A program made the translations under genes and the position numbers. DNA of 55,703 nt from a virus. Its lineage: Duplodnaviria; Caudoviricetes. Location: IMG/VR virus record IMGVR_UViG_3300050014_000104, positions 1 to 55,703 of that record; one strand, 5' to 3'. Positions 40,465-49,260 of this stretch are shown here, one piece after another; positions within the stretch are counted from its first letter, which is position 1; every line of letters begins with the position of its first letter. The notes below the pieces were generated by a model, which worked only from the letters and a program-made list of their open reading frames with translations, was not told the origin of the DNA and ran no database searches.

Positions 40465-41613
40465 ATGAAAATATTAAGTATAGATGATGCAAAAAAACAC
40501 ATTGGCAGCAATCCGGTTGTCATTGTAACCGGAGTATCGGGGCAGGACGGTAGTTTTATGGCAGATTATTTACTTGCAAACACTAATTATGTCATCTTTG
40601 GCGGTGCCCGCCGATTAAGTGTATCCAACCACGAGAACGTTGCTCACTTGGATAATGACTCTCGGTTTCATCTTATCAATTTCGACCTGACGGATGCCCA
40701 CTCTATCTCACAGGTCATTAGCCAGTTACAACCAAACTACTTCATCAATTTCGCCGCTCAATCCTTCGTAAAGTCCTCTTGGGACTTCCCTGCCCAGACA
40801 TGGGATACGAATACCACTTCTATGATTCATATCCTTGAAGCAATCCGACTCCATTGCCCGGAATGCCGTTTTTATAACGCTGGTAGCTCAGAAGAGTTTG
40901 GTGACGTTGCCTATTCGCCACAAGACGAGAAACACCCTTTGCGCCCTCGTAGCCCATATGGTGCGTCAAAAGCTGCTGCAAGGCAATTGGTGAAGGTTTA
41001 CAGGGAGTCCTATGACCTGTATGCAATCCAAGGATGGCTTTTTAACCATGAGGGAACCCGTCGAGGAGAAGAGTTCGTAACGAGAAAGATTACGAAAAAT
41101 GCTGCCCGTATCATGAAAGAGTTGGACAATGGGGAGTCTGTGACCTCACTTGAACTTGGGAACCTTGATGCCAAGCGTGATTGGACAGACGCCGAGGATT
41201 GCGTTGACGCTGTATGGCGTATGCTCAATCAAGACAGGTGGAACATTCTATGGCTTCCGACTAATCCTTCCACTATCAAGTGGACGAGTGACCGAAAGAC
41301 CCTTTCGAAATACGTGCGGGAGTACGTTGTCTCTTCGGGTGAAAATCATTCTGTAAGAGAATTCGTTGATGAAGCATTCCGTCATGTTGGAATAGATGGG
41401 AAATGGGTCGGTACTGGCGTTGACGAAAAGTTCTTCTGGAACAACCAAATCATCGTACAGATAAACCCCGCATTCTATCGTCCTGCCGAAGTTGATATAT
41501 TACTTGGAAACCCCAAGTGTATTCAGACCGAATTGGGATGGAAGGCCAAGACCACGTTCAAGGAACTTGTGGAGAAGATGGTCAAAAAAGACATTGAACT
41601 GGTGTCGAAATAA
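40465..41613 (+). CDS. gmd: GDP-mannose 4,6-dehydratase
   Basis: TGVSGQDGS, AAQSFV, SSEEFG, PRSPYGASK, LFNHE, FVTRKI, LGNLDAKRDW, YRPAEV. Confidence 0.95.
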   Translation: MKILSIDDAKKHIGSNPVVIVTGVSGQDGSFMADYLLANTNYVIFGGARRLSVSNHENVAHLDNDSRFHLINFDLTDAHSISQVISQLQPNYFINFAAQSFVKSSWDFPAQTWDTNTTSMIHILEAIRLHCPECRFYNAGSSEEFGDVAYSPQDEKHPLRPRSPYGASKAAARQLVKVYRESYDLYAIQGWLFNHEGTRRGEEFVTRKITKNAARIMKELDNGESVTSLELGNLDAKRDWTDAEDCVDAVWRMLNQDRWNILWLPTNPSTIKWTSDRKTLSKYVREYVVSSGENHSVREFVDEAFRHVGIDGKWVGTGVDEKFFWNNQIIVQINPAFYRPAEVDILLGNPKCIQTELGWKAKTTFKELVEKMVKKDIELVSK

Positions 41614-41641
41614 AAAAGACCCCCGCATCTGCGGGGGGTTT
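41613..41641. terminator. probable bidirectional terminator between convergent genes
   Basis: AAAAAG-ACCCCCGCA-tc-TGCGGGGG-GTTT hairpin. Confidence 0.75.
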
Positions 41642-41648
41642 GATATTC

Positions 41649-42281
41649 TTACTTGTCTTGGGCAACCAAGAACTGCTTCCAGTCTTGGTGACGAGCCTTG
41701 CGAATCGTGTGAGACACCAAGATAGCCTTGGGCTGTGTAGGCTTGAAGAGCAACGTCAATCCGGCTTCTCTGTTTAACTTGTTGCCTTTCTTGTTGTTGA
41801 TTTCCTTCGTGGTCAACACCGTATTGTCATACGTGTCCGTACCACCACGAGAGAGAGGCAGAACGTGGTCAATCGTGGCCACTTCGTACTCCAAGTCATT
41901 GCCCGTGTAAGGGTCCACACCATTGTCACGGATGAACAAGCCTTCCTTCGTGGGCTTACCCTTGAATTTCTTCTCGGGGATTTTGGCATAGTTCTTCGTG
42001 ATGACAACCGTGGGTACACGGATGTGCATATGAGTGGAATGAATGCTCAAGTCCCAAGGGCGAACCGGAAGTTTCATCCACTCTTCCCAATTGACTGGGT
42101 TCACATACTCGTGTTTGTCGAAGTTGGGTGTGCCGTCTTCGTTGGTCTCGTACACGATGTCCATAGCGACGATGACACCCGTCATCAAGTCACAGATGGA
42201 CTTTGATACCAACTCCACACCGACAGGCTTCCACAGCTTGTTCAGTTTGAGCACTATTGCTTTGTGTGCGATGTCTCTCAT
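41649..42281 (-). CDS. HNH endonuclease (McrA-like)
   Basis: RD....YTG...TIDHVLPLSRGG...N.V.....N..KGN. Confidence 0.85.
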   Translation of the reverse strand: MRDIAHKAIVLKLNKLWKPVGVELVSKSICDLMTGVIVAMDIVYETNEDGTPNFDKHEYVNPVNWEEWMKLPVRPWDLSIHSTHMHIRVPTVVITKNYAKIPEKKFKGKPTKEGLFIRDNGVDPYTGNDLEYEVATIDHVLPLSRGGTDTYDNTVLTTKEINNKKGNKLNREAGLTLLFKPTQPKAILVSHTIRKARHQDWKQFLVAQDK

Positions 42282-42293
42282 AATGTTATGTCT

Positions 42294-42321
42294 AATCTAC
42301 CATGTTTCCTTGACTTGTCAA
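42294..42321 (-). promoter_or_regulatory. sigma70-like promoter
   Basis: TTGACA-16-TAGATT with TGn extension. Confidence 0.65.
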
Positions 42322-42376
42322 GGCCAACTTTATAAAAAGTGACCTGACCGAGAGAGTCGCCTTCTATAAGTATGGA

Positions 42377-43225
42377 CTACAAATCCAAGTAACTACCGAT
42401 TTTCAGTTCTTTTCCATTCCAAACCCCATAGTGCATATTGCCATGAACGTCGAGGCAAATGTTGTGTGACAGGTCTGGGTTATCCAGAGAAGTCAAGTAC
42501 GGCTTGAATAAGTCGTACGGACGATAAACAACCTTCCCGTCCTCGTTGAGGGGGTCGTGGTCTAAGATGCACCACTTGACGCCCTGTGCTTGCGGGGTAT
42601 GCCCCACAATCTGATTGATGCCCCGGAGAGGGAAAAACTCCCGCTCGAAGTCGCACCATGTAATCCCACCAACTCGCTGCTGCCCCCAACGGGCACGTCC
42701 AGCGTTAAAGACCCAAGACCCTTTGCTGTTGGCTCCATCTTGGAAACCTTTACGAATCTCATGGTCAAGGTATCCCGTCAGTTCGGCAATGAACTTCGGG
42801 CGGTCCTTACGGAACTTCTTGATGTTGTCGGGCACGTTGAGTTTATGCAACCCACCGTGACTGAGCAGCCATCGGCCATCCAGAAAATGAAACCACTTCA
42901 ACTTGTCCCACAGCTTCGGGTCAATGCTGTCATGGACAATGAAATACTTCCACTGTGCATATCCACTGCACTGAAACGTGCGATAAGGATATGCATAATG
43001 TACATCGTGATTTCCGAACAAGTGAATGCGATTTGGTTTGGCAACCGAGCCAGAAAGCCAGCAGCATGTCTCCCGAAACATTTCGGGTGTATCTGAAAAA
43101 TCATCGAAGTAATCGCCCAAGAAGATTATCTCGTCCGCTCCCACCGAAGCAATTATCTTCTCAGCCCTTTCCCATTTGAGATGGATGTCGGGTATAATCA
43201 GTGTAATCTTGTTTGTATTGCTCAT
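42377..43225 (-). CDS. calcineurin-like metallophosphoesterase
   Basis: DIH, GDYFD, GNHD, SHGG and GHT motifs. Confidence 0.9.
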   Translation of the reverse strand: MSNTNKITLIIPDIHLKWERAEKIIASVGADEIIFLGDYFDDFSDTPEMFRETCCWLSGSVAKPNRIHLFGNHDVHYAYPYRTFQCSGYAQWKYFIVHDSIDPKLWDKLKWFHFLDGRWLLSHGGLHKLNVPDNIKKFRKDRPKFIAELTGYLDHEIRKGFQDGANSKGSWVFNAGRARWGQQRVGGITWCDFEREFFPLRGINQIVGHTPQAQGVKWCILDHDPLNEDGKVVYRPYDLFKPYLTSLDNPDLSHNICLDVHGNMHYGVWNGKELKIGSYLDL

Positions 43226-44006
43226 AGGTTTTCAATTTTCGTTCCAAATATACCACGGAATTGCCATAAAGTAAAGAGCAAAGTTTCATTGCTTTTTTGC
43301 CACTTGTTCTTGCTCGCCATATGTTATGGTCCTCAGAAAGTGTGAGGTTTAGGGACAATGATGATTTTACATAGTCAATGAACCCTTGTATCACCGATTT
43401 GCTTCCACACAATCCGACCTCCAAACTTTTGTATGGATATTGACTATTGACACATACATGCCCGTCTCCATCTACCACGCCACGCCAAAAATGTCGTTGA
43501 AGATGTTTTGGTATGGAGGGCGGAACTGCTGTCAAACTTTTCCTCTCGGTGATGTTATGCATTGATAAGTCCTCACACATTTTTTGACATCGTATTGCTA
43601 ATCTTGCTGTGGGGAAAGGTCCGCCAAATCCCCCTGATATGACTATTTGGTATTTGTTATTCCCTCTGATGGATTTTATAAACTTATCCAAATGTGGTTT
43701 ATCGGACTCTTTGAGTGCAATAATGATGTCTTTACCTCTGCTTATGCATCCATCTGCAAGAATGAACCCTAACCAGTACGCCTTTTCCTCGGTGTCTATT
43801 CGCTCAAAAAATCGCTCGTGGAATGTATAGCGTTTGCTGGTCTGTTGAGTGGTTCTGGTAGGCAATCCGTGGCGACGAACTATGTTGAGTACGGTAGCGA
43901 AATGTACTCCTGTTTGTTTGGATACTCCTATGGAGGATATGCCCTCCGTGTAGAGTTTGACAATTTGGTTTTCTACCTCTGCGGGGGTCTGATTGTATGT
44001 TCTCAT
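43161..44006 (-). CDS. LAGLIDADG homing endonuclease
   Basis: YWLGFILADG and FWRGVVDGDG...YLERK. Confidence 0.9.
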   Translation of the reverse strand: MRTYNQTPAEVENQIVKLYTEGISSIGVSKQTGVHFATVLNIVRRHGLPTRTTQQTSKRYTFHERFFERIDTEEKAYWLGFILADGCISRGKDIIIALKESDKPHLDKFIKSIRGNNKYQIVISGGFGGPFPTARLAIRCQKMCEDLSMHNITERKSLTAVPPSIPKHLQRHFWRGVVDGDGHVCVNSQYPYKSLEVGLCGSKSVIQGFIDYVKSSLSLNLTLSEDHNIWRARTSGKKAMKLCSLLYGNSVVYLERKLKTYEQYKQDYTDYTRHPSQMGKG

Positions 44007-44060
44007 TGATAATAAATATCAATGAGTCCCCGAAATCATCAACATATCTGCCTAAATAAA

Positions 44061-44993
44061 TTAGGATGATGCAAACTGATTTCTCCATTTTAGTTTTCCT
44101 CTTTCGGATTGTTTCTTTCGGTTCTCGTCTTTGGACCAGTACATTTGGCTCTGCATTTGAAACCAATCGTTGTTGGCTCTCCCCCGTGCAGAGTTGGTTT
44201 TTATCATATTGCAAATGTGGGAGTTTCCGAGTGATAATGCTTTTGAAGTAGAGTGATATGTTTGATTGCACAGGAAACAATGACATTCCCATATTCTTCC
44301 ATACCACTTTTTAGAACATTTACCAGTCCACCGAAGGACTTCCCGCTTCTCATTCTTGTCGCCTGTCCAATCATGGGTTCTGGTACATGTCATGGAGCAA
44401 GAAGTTGTACTTCCAGCAAGAATATACTCTAATTTCTTTATACATTTAGACCCGCAGATGAGGCAAGTGCAATTATAGAATGACTTCCTTCTTTTATTTG
44501 TATAGGCATACGAGTCAATGCGAAGGTTGTTAATGCTTCGACCTATCATTTTACGATGGCGAATGTCAGCATACATTTTTTTGCGACATCCACAACTTCT
44601 GGTATTACCAGATGTAAGACCTGTTCCACCACAGCGGAATATTTTGAACGTGCCATCGTCGTGGTCACAGCGGCATTCGTATTGATATTGATGATGTTTG
44701 TTTATTCCCATCTGTTTGATTACAGTAATGACATTGGTCGCATCTTCAAACCGATAAACCTTTCCAGTAATATCAACAATGTGGGAAGCACCTGTGGCTT
44801 TATGACTACATTTTAGGCATTGAGTGACGTGACCACTGGCAATGTTATGTCCATTACCAATGAATTTCTTCTTACACTTCTTACAGAGAACTAAAAACTT
44901 TCTACGTTCATATTTGTTTGATTTTATTTCTCGGAGTATTTCAATATGTTCAAAGGAGTGACCAATAAGATTGTTAATTCCAATACTTTTCAT
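44061..44993 (-). CDS. Cys-rich repeat protein related to HNH-endonuclease N-terminal modules
   Basis: About four C.C..C...L.SG...SC units; no clear catalytic HNH. Confidence 0.6.
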   Translation of the reverse strand: MKSIGINNLIGHSFEHIEILREIKSNKYERRKFLVLCKKCKKKFIGNGHNIASGHVTQCLKCSHKATGASHIVDITGKVYRFEDATNVITVIKQMGINKHHQYQYECRCDHDDGTFKIFRCGGTGLTSGNTRSCGCRKKMYADIRHRKMIGRSINNLRIDSYAYTNKRRKSFYNCTCLICGSKCIKKLEYILAGSTTSCSMTCTRTHDWTGDKNEKREVLRWTGKCSKKWYGRIWECHCFLCNQTYHSTSKALSLGNSHICNMIKTNSARGRANNDWFQMQSQMYWSKDENRKKQSERGKLKWRNQFASS

Positions 44994-44994
44994 A

Positions 44995-45915
44995 TCAATA
45001 ATCAAGCACCGACAGAGTGGGGTCAATGGAAGCCAATGGCATTGGATAGAATGTCTCTCCCGATTCATTTCCAACCACTAATTCCCGATGAATGCGAACC
45101 ACATGCACTTGGGTTACATTGTCAGAATATAGATTTACAAGTGCGAATGCGTGTTTCCAAGCATTCTTTGCTCCACCATTGCTATTATACTCGGCTTTGA
45201 GTTTGGTTAGGCACCCAATACAGTAAGCGGCACGGTCTTCCCAATAATTTCCATCGTATGTCTCCGCAAGGACTTTGTGCTGGTGTCCATAGATAACATT
45301 ATCAAAGTCCTTATACATCCGTTTGACTGAGGCATTGTTGAATCCATGCATCACAATCAATCCTCGTTCCTCTTTGGGTGCTTGAATAATATACATTGAA
45401 TCGGTCTCTCCACCCCAGTACGGAATGTATTGTATGTTCAACTCCTTCCACAATGACCATTTATGGAAGGCGAGATTTTGCGGGTTGTAGTCGGGGTCAT
45501 CAGCAAATTGCTCGAAGATGGGATTAGAGAAGAAGGTACGGGACCATTGGTCATGGTTTCCTTCAAGCTGGACTTTGATTGCCTCGGGGTATTTTTTAGC
45601 AAGGTAATTCCAAAACGCATACGCCATTTTCTTTTGGGCATACCACGATGCCTTGTACCATTTACCATCATTACTTTTGACATTTCCTTCTCGACCTATG
45701 GCTTTTGTCCAATGGGAGATGCAGTCCATTTCCATGAGGTCTCCGATATGGATGATGCCATCAAGTTTGATGTTCTTGGTGTATTGAAGCATCAAGGAGA
45801 TAGCTGCGGGGTGATGACAGAATTGAGGATTGAGATAACTTCCGTCATTACTGGGGGATTGAAAATGCGTATCAGGAATGATAAGCCACGTTTGGAGTTT
45901 TGTTACTTTTTTCAT
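44995..45915 (-). CDS. calcineurin-like metallophosphoesterase
   Basis: PDTH, GD..E.D, EGNHD, HG, GHQH and GCL motifs. Confidence 0.85.
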   Translation of the reverse strand: MKKVTKLQTWLIIPDTHFQSPSNDGSYLNPQFCHHPAAISLMLQYTKNIKLDGIIHIGDLMEMDCISHWTKAIGREGNVKSNDGKWYKASWYAQKKMAYAFWNYLAKKYPEAIKVQLEGNHDQWSRTFFSNPIFEQFADDPDYNPQNLAFHKWSLWKELNIQYIPYWGGETDSMYIIQAPKEERGLIVMHGFNNASVKRMYKDFDNVIYGHQHKVLAETYDGNYWEDRAAYCIGCLTKLKAEYNSNGGAKNAWKHAFALVNLYSDNVTQVHVVRIHRELVVGNESGETFYPMPLASIDPTLSVLDY

Positions 45916-45997
45916 AATCTACTATTATTGTTTGCCTCGGAGCGTCTCCAAGGACTTTGTTTATGATGGCACTATTTACCATTTTAGTCATACTACC

Positions 45998-46025
45998 ATT
46001 ATATCAAACCTACAACAGAAGTCAA
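45998..46025 (-). promoter_or_regulatory. sigma70-like promoter
   Basis: TTGACT-16-TATAAT with TGn extension; ATG 6 nt downstream at 45991. Confidence 0.75.
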
Positions 46026-46438
46026 TCCCCTTTTTCACCGAACTTATGAAAGTATCTCAACGGTCTCCACAAATGGTTATTAACCCAGAACCCCCATTTT
46101 CTGTATTGACGTGAGCATAGCAATAACGTCCAAGCACCTTCGGGCGGGATTTCAAGCCGATGCTGTTTGTCGCCTTTGGCATACCAAATGGATGGGGCTT
46201 TGATATGCCTACTGCCATTCGGGGTATGATTTGTATAACTACCCTTAAAGAGAAAGGATAGAAAGTCGCATCCGTGGTCATGAAAGTGGGGACCAACGTC
46301 AGAACTAATCCAGTGATGAATCCGAATTGAGTAACCAAAGAATAAGAATGTCCAACGGGTCAAGTAATGAGTTGACCCTTGATACATCTTTTCAGCCCAG
46401 CGAATCTGGAAGGGGCGAAATTTTCGGTATTCTTTCAT
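46022..46438 (-). CDS. cupin-like hypothetical protein
   Basis: YLTRW...IHH...D...HDH...G.Y...HR...WTL...R.WGF. Confidence 0.7.
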   Translation of the reverse strand: MKEYRKFRPFQIRWAEKMYQGSTHYLTRWTFLFFGYSIRIHHWISSDVGPHFHDHGCDFLSFLFKGSYTNHTPNGSRHIKAPSIWYAKGDKQHRLEIPPEGAWTLLLCSRQYRKWGFWVNNHLWRPLRYFHKFGEKGD

Positions 46439-46516
46439 ATTGTGTCGGTTATTGCTGACATTACCTATTGTCTGTTATTTCTGACGTTTCTCTCTACTGT
46501 CTGATATGTATGACAT

Positions 46517-47149
46517 ATGATTATTGAGAAAGAAATTGGAACTGGTACAGATTGTATCTATGTTTATTACAATCCGAATGACAAAAAACTTGCGTTGATG
46601 GAAAGCAAAGACCGATGGGAATGCAAGATAGGATTTTCTTCCACTGACCCAGTAAAGCGGATACAGAGTCAGGGGTATCAAACATCTATGGCAAGAGAGC
46701 CAGTCATTGGTCTGGTAATACGGACTACGAATGGTTACTATACTGAATCCTTCATTCATAAGCGTCTTTACAGTTATAGAGTCCCCTCAAAAGTAGGCGG
46801 TGACGAGTGGTTTCTCACGTCTCCCGCCGAAGTTGAATCAATTTTTGTTAATGACATTTTGCCAAATAAAAGTGGAGATACTTACTGCGAATATGAAATC
46901 TCAGATACCAATGACTTTGCTTCGGTGTTAAACTTGCATAGGAAAAAAGTAAATATGACAAATGAAAACCTTTGCAACAAAGTCAAGGTTAGTCGGGATA
47001 CGCTATGGAGACTTTTCCACGGACAGAAAACTGTGTGCCTTTCAACTGTATTCAAGGTGTTAAATGAATTGGATTTAGACATTACGTTAAAATCAAAACT
47101 TCCTGCTGACAAAATAAAGATTCATACATCGGCTCGTAAGGCACGTTAG
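46517..47149 (+). CDS. GIY-YIG (T5orf172-like) nuclease fused to an XRE HTH
   Basis: IYVY...KIGFS..DP..RI...E..IH...EWF; C-terminal HTH. Confidence 0.75.
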   Translation: MIIEKEIGTGTDCIYVYYNPNDKKLALMESKDRWECKIGFSSTDPVKRIQSQGYQTSMAREPVIGLVIRTTNGYYTESFIHKRLYSYRVPSKVGGDEWFLTSPAEVESIFVNDILPNKSGDTYCEYEISDTNDFASVLNLHRKKVNMTNENLCNKVKVSRDTLWRLFHGQKTVCLSTVFKVLNELDLDITLKSKLPADKIKIHTSARKAR

Positions 47150-47172
47150 CACTCATATATGAATCGTTAAAT

Positions 47173-47254
47173 TGGTCAGCGCAACGGGACTTGAACCACG
47201 TAAACCTCCACTATGTATTAGACAGTGGCGCTCTGCCAATTGAGCTATGCGCTG
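47173..47254 (-). tRNA. atypical tRNA-like gene (7-bp anticodon stem with AAU, or 11-nt loop containing CUA)
   Basis: CAGCGCA/TGCGCTG-A-CCA acceptor, GCTC/GAGC D arm, CCACTGT-CTAATAC-ATAGTGG, bulged T stem with TTCAAGT loop. Confidence 0.7.
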
Positions 47255-47256
47255 GT

Positions 47257-47362
47257 TGGTCAACGAGGTAGGAATCGAACCTACGGCCCCGTGCATGTGT
47301 AGCACCACAGAATTCACTGTGCGGATTATTAGTCCGGCGCTCTTCCACTGAGCTACTCGTTG
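47257..47362 (-). tRNA. atypical tRNA (anticodon AAU) with a 31-nt insertion
   Basis: CAACGAG/CTCGTTG-A-CCA; CCGGA-CTAATAA-TCCG[31 nt]G; GTAGG-TTCGATT-CCTAC. Confidence 0.75.
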
Positions 47363-47364
47363 AT

Positions 47365-47444
47365 TGGCGGGGCACCGAGGACTCGAACCTCGAACCTTCA
47401 TTGCATTGCTGCAATGCTGCTCTATCCCATTGAGCTAATGCCCC
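47365..47444 (-). tRNA. tRNA-like gene with a non-canonical anticodon arm
   Basis: GGGGCAT/GTGCCCC-G-CCA with canonical D and T arms; the arm GCATTGCAGCAATGCAATG gives no 7-nt U33 loop. Confidence 0.7.
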
Positions 47445-47457
47445 AAATTTCATATCG

Positions 47458-47730
47458 TTATGCCAGTATCAATTCCTCTGCGTGAGCGGCGAGATACTGC
47501 CGTTGGGCCTCTTGCTTGGCACCCCTTAACTCTTCAATCATCTCCGTGGCCCGTGCCCGCATCTTAAGCAAGTTGTACTGCATCCCACCAGCGTAGCCCT
47601 TGGCTCTCTGGGTCTCCTTGATGTCGGCCTTCGTCTCACGAATCTGCTGGCTGAGTGCTTTGTAAGTAGCCTTCCAGTTGGAACGATAAGCTAAATACGT
47701 TTCTTTGCTATTGAATGTGTATGTTGTCAT
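47458..47730 (-). CDS. helical phage hypothetical protein
   Basis: F.SKE.YL..R..WK..YK.LS..IR..K; A-rich leader. Confidence 0.7.
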   Translation of the reverse strand: MTTYTFNSKETYLAYRSNWKATYKALSQQIRETKADIKETQRAKGYAGGMQYNLLKMRARATEMIEELRGAKQEAQRQYLAAHAEELILA

Positions 47731-47794
47731 ATGTTTTCGTTTCTTTTTTGTTATTTTTTCGTTTCTTTTACCTTCCCGATGATATTTATTTCAT

Positions 47795-47944
47795 ATGGGA
47801 AGAAAATCATTAAATAGGACACCCGATGAACAACGAACAACCATCAACGAGCGTAGAATGCGATATTACTGGAAACACCGCAAACAGGAGCGAGCCAATG
47901 CTCTCAAGCGATATTATAGAAAAAAAGACGTGTGCCAAATGTAA
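47795..47944 (+). CDS. small basic MGRK-family peptide overlapping an endonuclease
   Basis: MGRKSLNRTPDEQRTTINERRMRYYWKH...; TATTTAT 5 nt upstream; paralog at 55214-55438. Confidence 0.65.
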   Translation: MGRKSLNRTPDEQRTTINERRMRYYWKHRKQERANALKRYYRKKDVCQM

Positions 47945-48464
47945 ATTGGATTTGCCGTTGGAAATGTTTAGCATACGCAATAGAAATAATAGTACGTTGA
48001 ATTGTTATTGTAAGTTATGCCAACCTGTGATTGCTCATAATTGGCGGATAAATAATTTGGGTAAAGTGAAGTGTCGGGAGAAATTATATCGCCGAGATAA
48101 TAAGGATAAAATCCAACGGCAGCAGAAAGAATATATGACACGGTGGATTGCCAGATTAAACTCTCGATTCGGCAGATGGAAAAAGAGTGCCCATCGGCGA
48201 GGAATTTCATTTGATTTAACTTTGGTGCAATTGGAAACAATGCCATTGTTATGTCATTATACTGGAAATGTATTGACGTTGGAAAGTAACAGACGGAATA
48301 CAGTTTCGTTGGATAGATTGGATTCTTCGCAGGGGTACACCATAACCAATGTAGTTTATTGCTGTTCGTTTGTAAATCTAATGAAGCATGAATTATCATA
48401 TAGTGATTTTGTTAATTCTTGTAAAGCAATTGTCGGTCATTATGAAAAATGTCATAAGAGTTGA
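47826..48464 (+). CDS. HNH-like homing endonuclease
   Basis: KTCAKC...YCKLC; CHYTG...SLDRLDSSQGY...NVVYCCSFVNLMK. Confidence 0.85.
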   Translation: MNNEQPSTSVECDITGNTANRSEPMLSSDIIEKKTCAKCKLDLPLEMFSIRNRNNSTLNCYCKLCQPVIAHNWRINNLGKVKCREKLYRRDNKDKIQRQQKEYMTRWIARLNSRFGRWKKSAHRRGISFDLTLVQLETMPLLCHYTGNVLTLESNRRNTVSLDRLDSSQGYTITNVVYCCSFVNLMKHELSYSDFVNSCKAIVGHYEKCHKS

Positions 48465-48844
48465 AAGTGTTTTGTTATATGTTTTATATCATTTTTCATA
48501 GCAGGGCCAAGGCCCAAAGCTGTAATGGTGGGTTCGCCACCGAAAAAGTTAGGACAACCTGAATCGGTCACTAAGTACGTGGAGATGCCCGCAGCCTCGG
48601 CTTCTTCTTTAGCACGAAGAAGGTGATGGAGGTTTTTGGCTTCGAGGCAAACTTTGGTGCCGGGGTGAGTGGGATACTCGGCGTGATACTCCTTTTGAAG
48701 GTCGGAGTTAGCATTAAGAAATGCACCGAGATAAGCATGGCCAGCTTGAGAGGCAATCTTGCCTGTGTCCATGCCAAGGTCCATACGCACGATGGAGTAC
48801 AAACGGAGAGTGGAGTCGGAAACCTATGTGAAAGTATTATTCAT
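48452..48844 (-). CDS. pth2: peptidyl-tRNA hydrolase type 2 with an in-frame TAG at codon 7
   Basis: VRMDLGM.TGKIASQAGHA...KVCL...V.DSG...T.T.LGLGP...ITKHFQLL; ATG 48844 is coupled to the upstream stop; TAG at 48824-48826. Confidence 0.85.
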
Positions 48845-49202
48845 TTGGGTGCTTCTCTTTCCAATGAAGTTTGTTGTGACAATTGGAACACATCACGTCA
48901 CACTTGTTTATCTCTTTAAGAAGACGGGGTATGCTCCATCCACGCAGAACGGCAAGCGAGACCTCTATGTCTTTTTGAGATGGGTCTCTATGATGGAATA
49001 GCAAACAAGAAATGTGAGATTCTCCGCAGGGGCAAACGAGTTTGGATTTATAATCCGACATCCACTGTTTAATCTGAATAAGGCGTTTTGCCTTATTCTG
49101 TAAGTTGATGGCAATGAGGCGAGTGCGATTTTTCAAGTAAAATCGGCGAGCACATTGTTTGGATTTTTTAAGACCTTCGGGAGTAGATTTATTGTACGGC
49201 AT
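48837..49202 (-). CDS. HNH endonuclease
   Basis: CPCGE....L.FHH.DP..K...E..KCDVMCSNCH..LH; TATTTAT 5 nt upstream. Confidence 0.85.
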   Translation of the reverse strand: MPYNKSTPEGLKKSKQCARRFYLKNRTRLIAINLQNKAKRLIQIKQWMSDYKSKLVCPCGESHISCLLFHHRDPSQKDIEVSLAVLRGWSIPRLLKEINKCDVMCSNCHNKLHWKEKHPNE

Positions 49203-49260
49203 ATACAATAAATAGGGAGGAAGGGACATAAACCACGAAGATAGTTTAATATCCCGAGAT

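Noticed and set aside
47734-47769. 14-bp direct repeat TTTTCGTTTCTTTT
   Set aside because: Low-complexity A-rich leader of the 47730 gene; not enough evidence for a distinct element.
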